Positions 47,969 to 56,771 of a DNA stretch of 64,000 bases are shown here, piece by piece. Both the position numbers and the translations under genes were made by a program. Positions within the stretch are counted from its first letter, which is position 1. Every line of letters begins with the position of its first letter. A model generated the notes under the pieces. That model was given only the letters and a program-made list of their open reading frames with translations. It did not search any database and had not been told where the DNA came from. Origin of the DNA: an uncultured Clostridia bacterium (GTDB lineage Bacteria; Bacillota; Clostridia; Christensenellales; UBA1242); contig CALVNZ010000004.1 in assembly GCA_944350115.1 (NCBI GenBank), positions 2,116 through 66,115 on the forward strand, read 5' to 3'.

Positions 47969-49936
47969 TCATTTCTTTAATTTTTTCAATATTGCCTTGA
48001 CAATTTGTTTAACAGTAAAACCTGCTTTTTGATAAATAAGCTCACCATTAGCGCTGAACATATATTTATTAACTTCAATTTTTAAATCTTTTTCATTTAA
48101 ATATTTGAACCAAATTGCGTCATTTGATGCTTCCAGTGCCACATGTAAATCTGCGTCTTTTTGCAAAACTTTTGATTTATAACTTTCAGATTGCTCTTCA
48201 AAAAGCGAAACGCAAGGCATACTAACCACACTTGTTTCAATTTTCAACTTATCAAGTTCTTTTGCCACATTCACTGCAAGTGGAATTTCACTGCCCGTGC
48301 TGTAAATAACAACCTTTGCCTTGCCAGAAACAGATTTTAAAACATATCCACCCATTCCAGCATTTTTAAATGAGCTTAATCCTGTCGGCTGAATTTTTTG
48401 TTTTGCCAAAACCAAACTTACAGGTTTGCGTTCTGTTAAATAAAATTTATAAGCAGCCAAAAGTTCATTAGAGTCGCAAGGTCTAAAAACATTTAATCCG
48501 CGAATTGAACGAAGTTGTCCAATTTGTTCAATAGGTTGATGCGTAGGTCCATCTTCCCCAACTAAAACAGAGTCGTGAGTAAAAATGTCCAAAACAGGAA
48601 GATTCATCATAGCACGCAATCTTAACGCAGGAATCATGTAATTTGAAAAAGATAAAAATGTTGAATCAAAAGGCAAAAAATCTTCATACAAAGCAATACC
48701 ATTGCAAATTGCACCCATAGCGTGTTCTCTAACACCAAAGTGCAAATTTTTCCCGCGTTTGTTTCCTGCAACAAAATCGCCACCATCTTTCAAATATGCT
48801 TTCGTTGAAGAAGCCACATCCGCTGTTCCACCAATAATTTGTGGCAATTTTTCGCTTAATTCATTCAAAATCAAGCTATTTATGTCTCGCATGCTTAAGT
48901 TCTCAAATTTATCATTTGGAAACATCTTTTCAAAATCAATTTTTTTATTATCAAAAAACGAGACAAGTTTTTTGTATAAATCTGGATGTGTCGTGCCGTA
49001 AACGGCAAAATCTTGATTCCATTTTTCATGAGCAAGTTTTCCTGCAATGGTTGACTGCATACACAAATCACGCACATCACTAGGGATAAAGAAACTTTCT
49101 TTGACGCCCAATTTTTCTTTAAACTCTTTGAGTTCTTCTTCTGACAATGGATGCGCGTGCATAGCACTTGTTCCCTCTTGCTTTGTGCCAATTCCAATTG
49201 TCGTTTTGAAAATTATAATGCAAGGTTTGTCTGCTTTTTTCGCCTTGGCAATAGCTCTCGTGCAAGCGCTATAAGAATTGCCGTTTTTTACAAACAAAAC
49301 TTTAAATCCCATTGCTTTAAATTTTTTAGCAACATTTTCACGGCTTGCCAAATTTGTGTGCCCATCTATTGTCACATCATTACTGTCATAAAGAATAATA
49401 AACTTTTTTAAATTATAAGCGCCAGCAATTGAGCAAGCTTCTTGAGCCACGCCTTCCATTAAATCACCATCACCAGCAAAACAATAAGTGTAATTGTTAA
49501 TAATAGGAAATCCAATAGCGTTAAATCTTTCTTCTAAAAAACTTTCTGCAATTGCCATACCAACAGCATTTGCCACCCCTTGCCCAAGCGGGCCAGTTGT
49601 TGTTTCGACAGCTCCAATACTTCCAAATTCAGGATGGCCGGTGGTTGGAGCGTTGTATTTTCTAAAATTTTTCAAATCTTGCAAACTCACATCAAAACCA
49701 AACATAGAAAGAAGTGTGTAGTAAAGCGCACTAGCATGCCCTGCGGACAGAACAAATCTGTCTCTGTTTAAAAAGTCTGTATCTGAAACATCAAATTTAT
49801 AGTGGTCTTTAAACAAAGCGAACAAAATTGAAGAAGCCCCTAATGCCGTGCCTGTATGACCAGACCCCGCATTAGAAACAGTTTCCGCCGTAATAGCTTT
49901 TAAATAATTGAGTGCTTTTTGCAAATTTTTTTTCAT
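47969..49936 (-). CDS. tkt: Transketolase
   Basis: 655 aa. Motifs GSGHTGTALG and the TPP motif GDGDLMEG are present, with HDSVLVGEDGPTHQP. Confidence 0.96.
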   Translation of the reverse strand: MKKNLQKALNYLKAITAETVSNAGSGHTGTALGASSILFALFKDHYKFDVSDTDFLNRDRFVLSAGHASALYYTLLSMFGFDVSLQDLKNFRKYNAPTTGHPEFGSIGAVETTTGPLGQGVANAVGMAIAESFLEERFNAIGFPIINNYTYCFAGDGDLMEGVAQEACSIAGAYNLKKFIILYDSNDVTIDGHTNLASRENVAKKFKAMGFKVLFVKNGNSYSACTRAIAKAKKADKPCIIIFKTTIGIGTKQEGTSAMHAHPLSEEELKEFKEKLGVKESFFIPSDVRDLCMQSTIAGKLAHEKWNQDFAVYGTTHPDLYKKLVSFFDNKKIDFEKMFPNDKFENLSMRDINSLILNELSEKLPQIIGGTADVASSTKAYLKDGGDFVAGNKRGKNLHFGVREHAMGAICNGIALYEDFLPFDSTFLSFSNYMIPALRLRAMMNLPVLDIFTHDSVLVGEDGPTHQPIEQIGQLRSIRGLNVFRPCDSNELLAAYKFYLTERKPVSLVLAKQKIQPTGLSSFKNAGMGGYVLKSVSGKAKVVIYSTGSEIPLAVNVAKELDKLKIETSVVSMPCVSLFEEQSESYKSKVLQKDADLHVALEASNDAIWFKYLNEKDLKIEVNKYMFSANGELIYQKAGFTVKQIVKAILKKLKK

Positions 49937-50403
49937 AGTTTGTCACTTAACTCCTTTAAAATTTTGGCAACATCACTTTTTGATGCTCCATTAACATTGA
50001 TCGTCATGTCACATTTTTTTGTCAAAACTTCGTCTCTCTCTTTAAACATGATCATGTTTACATAATCCGTTTTTTTATCCAATTTTTGCTTTGCAAGTTT
50101 AATATATATTTTCGGAACAATTTTTTTAAATAAACTTTCGTTATTGATGAATAAGTCATAATTAATAAAAACAACAGAATTTTCATAAACGCTTAAACTT
50201 TTTAACGCCGATTTTTCTCTTTTTTTAAAATATGCAACTCCGCATTTTTTTAAAAGCTGATCTGCATCAAAAAGTTCATAAGCGACAATATCTTTGGCGT
50301 TTGCAAAATGCAAACCAAGTTCATCTGCCACACCTTTTGAAAGTGTCGCCCCAGCTTTATCATTTAAACAAATTGTTAAAATTGTCGTCCCTATTTTTTT
50401 CAT
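49933..50403 (-). CDS. Shikimate-kinase-like protein with a degenerate P-loop
   Basis: 156 aa. Its length and layout resemble AroK-type kinases, but the Walker A position reads CLNDKAGAT rather than GxxGxGKS/T. It overlaps tkt by 4 nt. Confidence 0.4.
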   Translation of the reverse strand: MKKIGTTILTICLNDKAGATLSKGVADELGLHFANAKDIVAYELFDADQLLKKCGVAYFKKREKSALKSLSVYENSVVFINYDLFINNESLFKKIVPKIYIKLAKQKLDKKTDYVNMIMFKERDEVLTKKCDMTINVNGASKSDVAKILKELSDKL

Positions 50404-50449
50404 ATTTTTATTTTATCATAATTTATTATTTAACCAAATGAATTTTATA

Positions 50450-51517
50450 TTATTTTTTTGACTTCTTCCCTTTTGCAGATTTTTTATGCAAATCAGGAAC
50501 GCCCCAAAGTATAAGTATAACGACACCGACAATAACACAAATCATGGCCACATCAACATATTTTCCTTCAACGCTGGCAACATTTAAAGCACTTTCTCCA
50601 ACAACTGCCTCTATGTCTTGTTTTTCAATAGTTGTCAAAACAGTGACCTTGGCATCATTTAAAATTTGCAAAACATCTTCCGAAGGATGACCATAAGAAT
50701 TATCTTCACCAACACTGATGATTGCATAACTTGGTCTAACCGCATCAACAAATTCTTGACTTGTTGAAGTGTTTGAGCCGTGATGACCAACTTTTAAAAC
50801 ATCAACATGCAAATCAAAGCCATATTTTTCAATAAGTTTTTCTTCAACTTTAACATCAGCGTCGCCCATAAATAAAAACTTAAAGCCATTAATTTCTGCT
50901 TTTATGACAGCCGATGATTCATTGTTGTCAGAATAAACTGCATCAGGATACAACACTTTGATTTCGTAAGATCCGTCCAAACTCGACCAACTTGTTGCGT
51001 CACTAGTGAAAAACATTTCACAATTTTCTTCAATCGCAGACCTAATGATGTCGTCATAAACAATAGTATCATGCGTTGGATAGTCTTCAATCTTTTCTTC
51101 TGTTTTAGAATACATCATTGGCCTATAAAAATTTTCAATTTCAAAATTTTCAAAAACTGCAACTCCTCCGCCAACATGATCGGCATCTGCATGAGTTATA
51201 AGAAAGTAGTTGATTGTTTCAACATCTTTTTCATTTAAAAAATCCACAATTTTTGATGATGCACTTTTTGCACCACAATCAATAAGCATATTTTTACCGT
51301 CTGGCAATTCAATAAAAGTTGAATCCCCTTGTCCAACATCAATAAAACTAACTTTTGCAACAGCTTGAACAGGACTTTCTTCCCACTTATAAATTTTTTG
51401 AGAAATAGGCTTTTTATAAACAATTATAAGCACAACAAAAACTATAAGGATCAAACTTAAAATGATTCTTATTGTCAAAGATGGTTTTGAAAAATATTTA
51501 AAATTTAGTTTTGTCAT
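50450..51517 (-). CDS. Stand-alone ComEC/Rec2-type metallo-beta-lactamase domain protein, membrane anchored at both ends
   Basis: 355 aa. It has an N-terminal TM, the blocks VSFIDVGQGDSTFIELPDGKNMLIDCG, THADADHVGG and KVGHHGS, a C-terminal TM and a K-rich tail. Confidence 0.85.
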   Translation of the reverse strand: MTKLNFKYFSKPSLTIRIILSLILIVFVVLIIVYKKPISQKIYKWEESPVQAVAKVSFIDVGQGDSTFIELPDGKNMLIDCGAKSASSKIVDFLNEKDVETINYFLITHADADHVGGGVAVFENFEIENFYRPMMYSKTEEKIEDYPTHDTIVYDDIIRSAIEENCEMFFTSDATSWSSLDGSYEIKVLYPDAVYSDNNESSAVIKAEINGFKFLFMGDADVKVEEKLIEKYGFDLHVDVLKVGHHGSNTSTSQEFVDAVRPSYAIISVGEDNSYGHPSEDVLQILNDAKVTVLTTIEKQDIEAVVGESALNVASVEGKYVDVAMICVIVGVVILILWGVPDLHKKSAKGKKSKK

Positions 51518-52344
51518 ACAAAATCAATCTCACTTGGATCTGAATATTTTTTTTGTCTAAATGGTTTGCGCTTTTTAAACAGTTTCATAATTTCAGGTAT
51601 TGCATCAATAGCCGCCTTGTAACCTTCTTCCACCATTTCATCAAGACCTTCCGTTTTAGTGGCTTTAAATCTTTTCGTCTCAGGCGCAACAACAACATCG
51701 GCATTGACATAACCTTTCACGGCATTGCTCTTCATTAATATTCTAATAGAACAACTTAAAACATCAAAAAGTTTTTGTGAGTCTGTTCCATATGTCCTTT
51801 CTTTATGACAATCAACTGCGACAACATAATCACATCCAAAATATCTTGGTATATCTGCAGGAATAGTGTTTTGAAGACCACCATCACAAAGCAACATATC
51901 ATCAAATTCAACAGGGACAAACACGCCAGGAACACAACAAGATCCTGCCACCGCCTTTGCCAAATTCCCATGAGACAAACAAACTTCTTTTGTGGACTTG
52001 ATGTTCACTGCAACAGCTGAAAAAGGTGTTTTCAACTCTTCAATATTTATATCGCCCAAAACATTTTTAACAAGATTTTGAATTCCGTCAGTTTTTGATG
52101 GAACTAGAGGGATTTTGCTTGTTCGAATATCTTTTGTCCTTATCTTTTTTGCCTCTTCATAAATTTCTTTCCATGTTTTACCAGCAGCAACACAAGCACC
52201 AATGATTGACCCCGCGCTAGTGCCTGCGATATAGTCAAATTTTAAACCAAATTCTTCAAATGCCCGCACAACGCCAATATGTGAAAAACCGCGAGCGCCT
52301 CCGCCCCCAAAAGCAACACCAATTTTAGGTTTTCGTCCAAACAT
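51514..52344 (-). CDS. Patatin-like phospholipase
   Basis: 276 aa. The oxyanion motif GGGGARG, the nucleophile GTSAGS and the DGG motif are present. Confidence 0.88.
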   Translation of the reverse strand: MFGRKPKIGVAFGGGGARGFSHIGVVRAFEEFGLKFDYIAGTSAGSIIGACVAAGKTWKEIYEEAKKIRTKDIRTSKIPLVPSKTDGIQNLVKNVLGDINIEELKTPFSAVAVNIKSTKEVCLSHGNLAKAVAGSCCVPGVFVPVEFDDMLLCDGGLQNTIPADIPRYFGCDYVVAVDCHKERTYGTDSQKLFDVLSCSIRILMKSNAVKGYVNADVVVAPETKRFKATKTEGLDEMVEEGYKAAIDAIPEIMKLFKKRKPFRQKKYSDPSEIDFV

Positions 52345-52358
52345 AATTATCCACCCTT

Positions 52359-53312
52359 TTAAACATTTATTATATTAAAAACAAGCAAATGCAATGCATT
52401 TTGAGCAAGCATTTTCCCAGACTTTACTTTATAGTCCAATTCTTCAAGCAAAGAATTTATTTTTCGAAGTTGCGCTTTTGAAAAACCACGAGCAAGCTCT
52501 CGCGCTTTAACAATCGCATATTCTTTAACATTTAAAAGACTTGCAAGTTCTCTATTATTTTGTTCTGAAATAGAAACATAAAATAGTCTTCTAAAATGAT
52601 TTGAAATCAAAGAAAACACACCTTGATCCTTTTCCATAAGCTTCAATAAATTAAGTGCTTTATCTCCATTTTTTTTAGAGAGGGCCTCTGTAAGTTCAAA
52701 AACAGAGAATTCTATATCTTTAACCACCACGTCATCAATCATTTTTTGAGTGATTAAAGAATTGTCTAAATCATAACAAACAAGCTTTTGAAGTTCGTTA
52801 ATAATTTTTGTTAAATATCCATTTGTCGCTTCGATCAAAGTTTCCATGGCTTCACCACTAATTTGCTTGCCTTCTCTTGTCAAATAAGCCACCACAAGTT
52901 TTTTTACTGTTTCTTTGTCAAGTTTTCCTGCATCAACAAAAGTAAAACTTTTTTTCAAAAACTCAAAATTTTTAAAATAATCTAAAACAACAACACAAGT
53001 CGTCTTTGGAATTTTTAATAAAATGTTTTCCATTTTCTTTTTTTCTGCTTCCTTAACGTTTGCCCCTTTTATGACAACAATTCTTTTTGCATCAGCCATA
53101 GGAAGCATTTCACAAGCATTAAAAAGAGCATCCAGATTAAAACTTTCATCAGTTAAAACGGAAATATTAAAATCATCCAAAGTGATCCCACAGGCGTTTT
53201 TAATCATATTTAACGCTTTGTCAAACAAATAAAAATCATCACCTTCAACAAGGTAAACACTTGCAATTCCTTCTTTTAAACGATTTTTTAAAGTTTTCAA
53301 TCCAGCCCCCAA
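52359..53312 (-). CDS. holA: DNA polymerase III subunit delta
   Basis: About 313-317 aa. VYLVEGDDFYLFDKAL is typical of HolA, and its position directly after comEC is as in Firmicutes. The start is uncertain: TTG at 53312, or TTG at 53300 overlapping the comEC TGA (TTGA). Confidence 0.8.
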   Translation of the reverse strand: MGAGLKTLKNRLKEGIASVYLVEGDDFYLFDKALNMIKNACGITLDDFNISVLTDESFNLDALFNACEMLPMADAKRIVVIKGANVKEAEKKKMENILLKIPKTTCVVVLDYFKNFEFLKKSFTFVDAGKLDKETVKKLVVAYLTREGKQISGEAMETLIEATNGYLTKIINELQKLVCYDLDNSLITQKMIDDVVVKDIEFSVFELTEALSKKNGDKALNLLKLMEKDQGVFSLISNHFRRLFYVSISEQNNRELASLLNVKEYAIVKARELARGFSKAQLRKINSLLEELDYKVKSGKMLAQNALHLLVFNIINV

Positions 53313-55321
53313 GCATAATTTTTATCAAAATTATAAGTAAAATTCCCCATCATACTAGTTGAATAATTCGCGCTGTCATTTTCGCCACCACTTGCCGTGA
53401 CTTTTGCTTCAACCCCGGAAAAATCATAACCATTGACAAAAGCAAAATCAAATTTATTTTCGCTGAACAATTGCTGTAACTTTTCTTTATCATTATAGCT
53501 TATTTTTTCAATATTTGCAAAAAGAATTTTCAATCCGTCAAATTCTATGACAAAAATTTCTCCGTCTGAAAAGTAGCGGAATTCATCAATAAAACCTTCT
53601 CCTGAATAAATCATTTCCGCCCCTTCAATGTTTTTGTTGGCACTTAAAACATAATCAAACCCATCTATACCCCTAACAGCATAAAAATAGTTTTCTTGAA
53701 AATTTGGTGTCCCAAGGCACAAAGTCTTCCCACTTTTTGTTTCAATGACTGCGCTATAATTTCCATAATAATCAATAATGGAAATTGATGCTCCTCTTGA
53801 ATAAAGTTCTGGTTTGATAAGCGTAAACAACCCAAGCACAAGAGTTAAATACAAAATGCAATTAAATTTAAATTTTGAAGATGCCATAAAGAAATAACTT
53901 GCAATCAAACAAATCAAATATAAAATGGAAATTGTGATTGGATCAAAAGGTTTAAGTGAAATTTGAAGATTTGTTGTCGCAAAAAATTCTGCAACAATTC
54001 TAGTGAATTCAAAACCTAGTTCCGCAACAATTAAAACCGGTCCTGTGGCTGGAATGATCAAGACTAATAAAACAAGCAAAATTAAAAGCGGAAACAAAAT
54101 TCCAAAAAATGGCACAACAATCAAATTTGTGAAAAAACTTAATAAATTTAATTTGCTGAAAAAGGAAGCTAAAAATGGCAAAATGCCAATTTGAGTTGCA
54201 AAAGAAAGTGCCATCAAATCTGCAATTTTGTCTGGTAGAAATTTTTTCAAAACCTTTGCAAATGGTCTTTGCAAAACAAAAATTGCGCCAACACAAGCAT
54301 AACTCATCAAAAATCCGACATCAAGAGCAGACAAAGGTGAAATAAAAAGTGTCAAAAGCCCAGCAAAAGATAACGCGCTTACTCCATCGTATTGTTTGCC
54401 GAACAATCCCGCCGCAATCAAAACAAGTCCCATTATCATCGCCCTTAAAATAGATGGTGCGAAACCACAAATGTAAGCATAAATTAAGAGCAAACAAAAA
54501 GTCAGCACAAAATTTACAAATCTATTAACTTTGCATCTTTTCAAAACCCATGCAATAAGCCCAATCAAAAATGTCACATGCAAACCTGAAACTGTTAAAA
54601 TGTGAATTATGCCCGAATATCTGTAAGCATCTTCCGTTGTTTCATCAACAAAAGTTTTGTCGCCTGTCAAAACAGCAAAAGCAACGCCCGCATTATATTC
54701 ACTCATATTTTCAAACAAAACTTCTTTTATTTTTGCCCGCGCTTTTTCATCAAAAGTTTTTCCACCACTGACTAAAACCAAATCCGCGCCATCAACCGAT
54801 GAAGTGTAAGCAACTTTTGAGCGCAACGCGTTTGAGTTAAAAGAATTTAAAGTAAAAAGTTTAACGTTTTCTAAATCACCTGTATAAGTAACGACATCTC
54901 CAACTTCAATTTCTTCCATTGGGTTCCAAACATAAAGCGTAACATTATTGACTTTTTCTCCATCAGCTGAAACATTCTCGATGACCAAACGATAATAACC
55001 TTCTTCTTTTGTAATGTCATCAGTAACCCTGCCGGTTATTTGAGCATTTGAAAATTCTTTTCCTAAAAAATTATTATAACTTAAAAAATAAGAGCCATTA
55101 CCAATAAAGAAGAAAATAAAAGCCAAAGCCAAAAACACAAACTTTCTTTTTAAAATGCTGTAAACAAGAATGCTTAACAAAGCAACAGCCACAAGAACAA
55201 CATAAAAGACATCTGCGCTATATAATTTTCTTGCACACGCGATTCCAAAAAGAAAACTTAAAAATATCACCACAATAGGACGAAAGTTAATTTTAAAAGT
55301 GGATTTTGATTTTTCAAACAT
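53297..55321 (-). CDS. comEC: Competence protein ComEC/Rec2 (channel domain, degenerate C-terminal MBL domain)
   Basis: 674 aa with an N-terminal OB/DUF4131-like region and a polytopic competence domain. In the C-terminal region the MBL motifs are replaced: IIDYYGNYSAVIET instead of DVGQGD, and SANKNIEG instead of THxDxDHxGG. Confidence 0.85.
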   Translation of the reverse strand: MFEKSKSTFKINFRPIVVIFLSFLFGIACARKLYSADVFYVVLVAVALLSILVYSILKRKFVFLALAFIFFFIGNGSYFLSYNNFLGKEFSNAQITGRVTDDITKEEGYYRLVIENVSADGEKVNNVTLYVWNPMEEIEVGDVVTYTGDLENVKLFTLNSFNSNALRSKVAYTSSVDGADLVLVSGGKTFDEKARAKIKEVLFENMSEYNAGVAFAVLTGDKTFVDETTEDAYRYSGIIHILTVSGLHVTFLIGLIAWVLKRCKVNRFVNFVLTFCLLLIYAYICGFAPSILRAMIMGLVLIAAGLFGKQYDGVSALSFAGLLTLFISPLSALDVGFLMSYACVGAIFVLQRPFAKVLKKFLPDKIADLMALSFATQIGILPFLASFFSKLNLLSFFTNLIVVPFFGILFPLLILLVLLVLIIPATGPVLIVAELGFEFTRIVAEFFATTNLQISLKPFDPITISILYLICLIASYFFMASSKFKFNCILYLTLVLGLFTLIKPELYSRGASISIIDYYGNYSAVIETKSGKTLCLGTPNFQENYFYAVRGIDGFDYVLSANKNIEGAEMIYSGEGFIDEFRYFSDGEIFVIEFDGLKILFANIEKISYNDKEKLQQLFSENKFDFAFVNGYDFSGVEAKVTASGGENDSANYSTSMMGNFTYNFDKNYAWGLD

Positions 55322-55444
55322 AGTTTATTTTGTCTTCAAATAAATTTTACAAAAATCGTAAAAATTCGCAAAATGAAATTGAATATAAAACGCCAAAATT
55401 CTCACTCTAAAGCTGATTATATCACAAAAATAAGGGAGATAATT

Positions 55445-55690
55445 ATGTCAAAAAATAAACAAAGCAAGGAAAAAGATGTCTTAACAACACAGGAACATGA
55501 CAAAAAGTGTTGTGACATTGCGAATTTTGCGACTGTGGAAACAATTGACCCAAATTGGCATAAACTGCTTACAGGTGAAGATTTCATCTTGCCAAATGAT
55601 GTCCGCGAAGAACTAGCAGAGCTCGAACTTGCGGATTTAAATGACTATTGGAACAGGAGTTATGGAGGAAATAAGCGTAAAACGCGGTGA
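55445..55690 (+). CDS. Putative antitoxin partner of MazF (no recognisable DNA-binding fold)
   Basis: The ATG at 55445 after GGGAGA gives an 81-aa product. The acidic C-terminus [16 protein letters not shown] is reminiscent of MazE toxin-binding tails. It overlaps the mazF start. Confidence 0.45.
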   Translation: MSKNKQSKEKDVLTTQEHDKKCCDIANFATVETIDPNWHKLLTGEDFILPNDVREELAELELADLNDYWNRSYGGNKRKTR

Positions 55691-56024
55691 AATTTATATG
55701 GCTGATTTGAGCCCAGTGGTTGGAAGCGAACAAGGCGGGATTCGACCAGTTTTAATCATTCAAAACAATGTAGGAAACAAATATTCTCCAACTGTCATTG
55801 TTTCAGCAATTACAAGCCGTTTAGGGAAAACAAAGCTTCCAACACACATTGAACTTCCAAGTGAAAAATATCACCTGCCAAAAGATTCTGTCGCTTTGCT
55901 TGAACAAATAAGAACCCTCGACAAGCGCAGATTACGTGAAAAATTAACCTGTTTAGAAGAAGAAAAAATGAAAGAAATAAACAGGGCAATACTTATTTCT
56001 TTAGGTTTCGCAGAAAAAAATTAA
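55662..56024 (+). CDS. mazF: Type II toxin, MazF/PemK/EndoA-family mRNA interferase
   Basis: [52 protein letters not shown]...LPTHIEL... closely parallels B. subtilis EndoA (NdoA). The start could also be the ATG at 55641. Confidence 0.92.
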   Translation: MEEISVKRGEIYMADLSPVVGSEQGGIRPVLIIQNNVGNKYSPTVIVSAITSRLGKTKLPTHIELPSEKYHLPKDSVALLEQIRTLDKRRLREKLTCLEEEKMKEINRAILISLGFAEKN

Positions 56025-56026
56025 CT

Positions 56027-56494
56027 TTAATCTTTAAACTCAATATTTTCATGGCTCAAAAGAGCCCTTTTTTTATCTATTCCCCATGCATAACCTGTCA
56101 ACTCTTTTTTTGCTCCAATCACTCTATGACAAGGCACAATAACAGCAATTTTATTTTGTCCAACAGCATGTCCAACAGCTCTTGGAGAAACTTTTTTTCC
56201 AAGTTTATTTTCAAGCATTTTCGCTATTTGGCCGTAACTAAATGACTCGCCAAAAGGAATTGTTTGCAAAATGTTCCAAACTTCAATTTGAAATGGACTG
56301 CCAGAAAATTTTACTGGAACTTTTTCAAATGGTTGTTTTTTATCAAAATAGTCATCAAACCACTTAAAAACTTTCTCAAAAATCGGCAAAGAACACTTGC
56401 GTTTGCCTTTTTCAAAAGAAATGCTTGTGATAAATTCACCATCACTTACAATTTTCAAACATCCTATGACAGAATTATAAAAATTAACAAACAT
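56027..56494 (-). CDS. ogt: Methylated-DNA--protein-cysteine methyltransferase
   Basis: 155 aa. The active site VPCHRVIG is present. Confidence 0.93.
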   Translation of the reverse strand: MFVNFYNSVIGCLKIVSDGEFITSISFEKGKRKCSLPIFEKVFKWFDDYFDKKQPFEKVPVKFSGSPFQIEVWNILQTIPFGESFSYGQIAKMLENKLGKKVSPRAVGHAVGQNKIAVIVPCHRVIGAKKELTGYAWGIDKKRALLSHENIEFKD

Positions 56495-56576
56495 TTTTGG
56501 TATTTACTCCCACTGCTTATTATAAATCAAGTGCCAAAAAATAAAAACAAAAAAAGCCATTCTCGGCTTTTAATTT

Positions 56577-56651
56577 TGGTAGCCCATAGGAGGATCGAAC
56601 TCCTGATTCCACCGTGAGAGGGTGGCGTCTTGACCACTTGACCAATGGGCC
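56577..56651 (-). tRNA. tRNA-Glu, anticodon CTC (CCA encoded)
   Basis: Hand fold: acceptor GGCCCAT/ATGGGCT (G1:U72) and D arm GTC-AAGTGGTCAA-GAC. Anticodon arm is CCACC-CTCTCAC-GGTGG and T arm is AGGAG-TTCGATC-CTCCT. Discriminator A followed by CCA. Confidence 0.88.
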
Positions 56652-56727
56652 ATAAGAATTTTGCGAAATTATTTTAACAAATATCACAAAATTAATCAAG
56701 AGTTTTATTTGTTTTTATTAAAATTTC

Positions 56728-56760
56728 GCAAAACAAAAGCCCATGCAAACTGGGCTTTAA
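56728..56760 (-). terminator. Intrinsic terminator after the P-type ATPase gene
   Basis: Stem AAAGCCCA / TGGGCTTT with TTTTGTTTT following on the minus strand. Confidence 0.65.
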
Positions 56761-56771
56761 TCGTTAAATTT

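Noticed and set aside
56577-56651. G1:U72 wobble at the top of the tRNA-Glu acceptor stem as a sign of a pseudogene
   Set aside because: The rest of the cloverleaf is canonical, CCA is encoded and a terminator follows. A single G:U pair is compatible with function.
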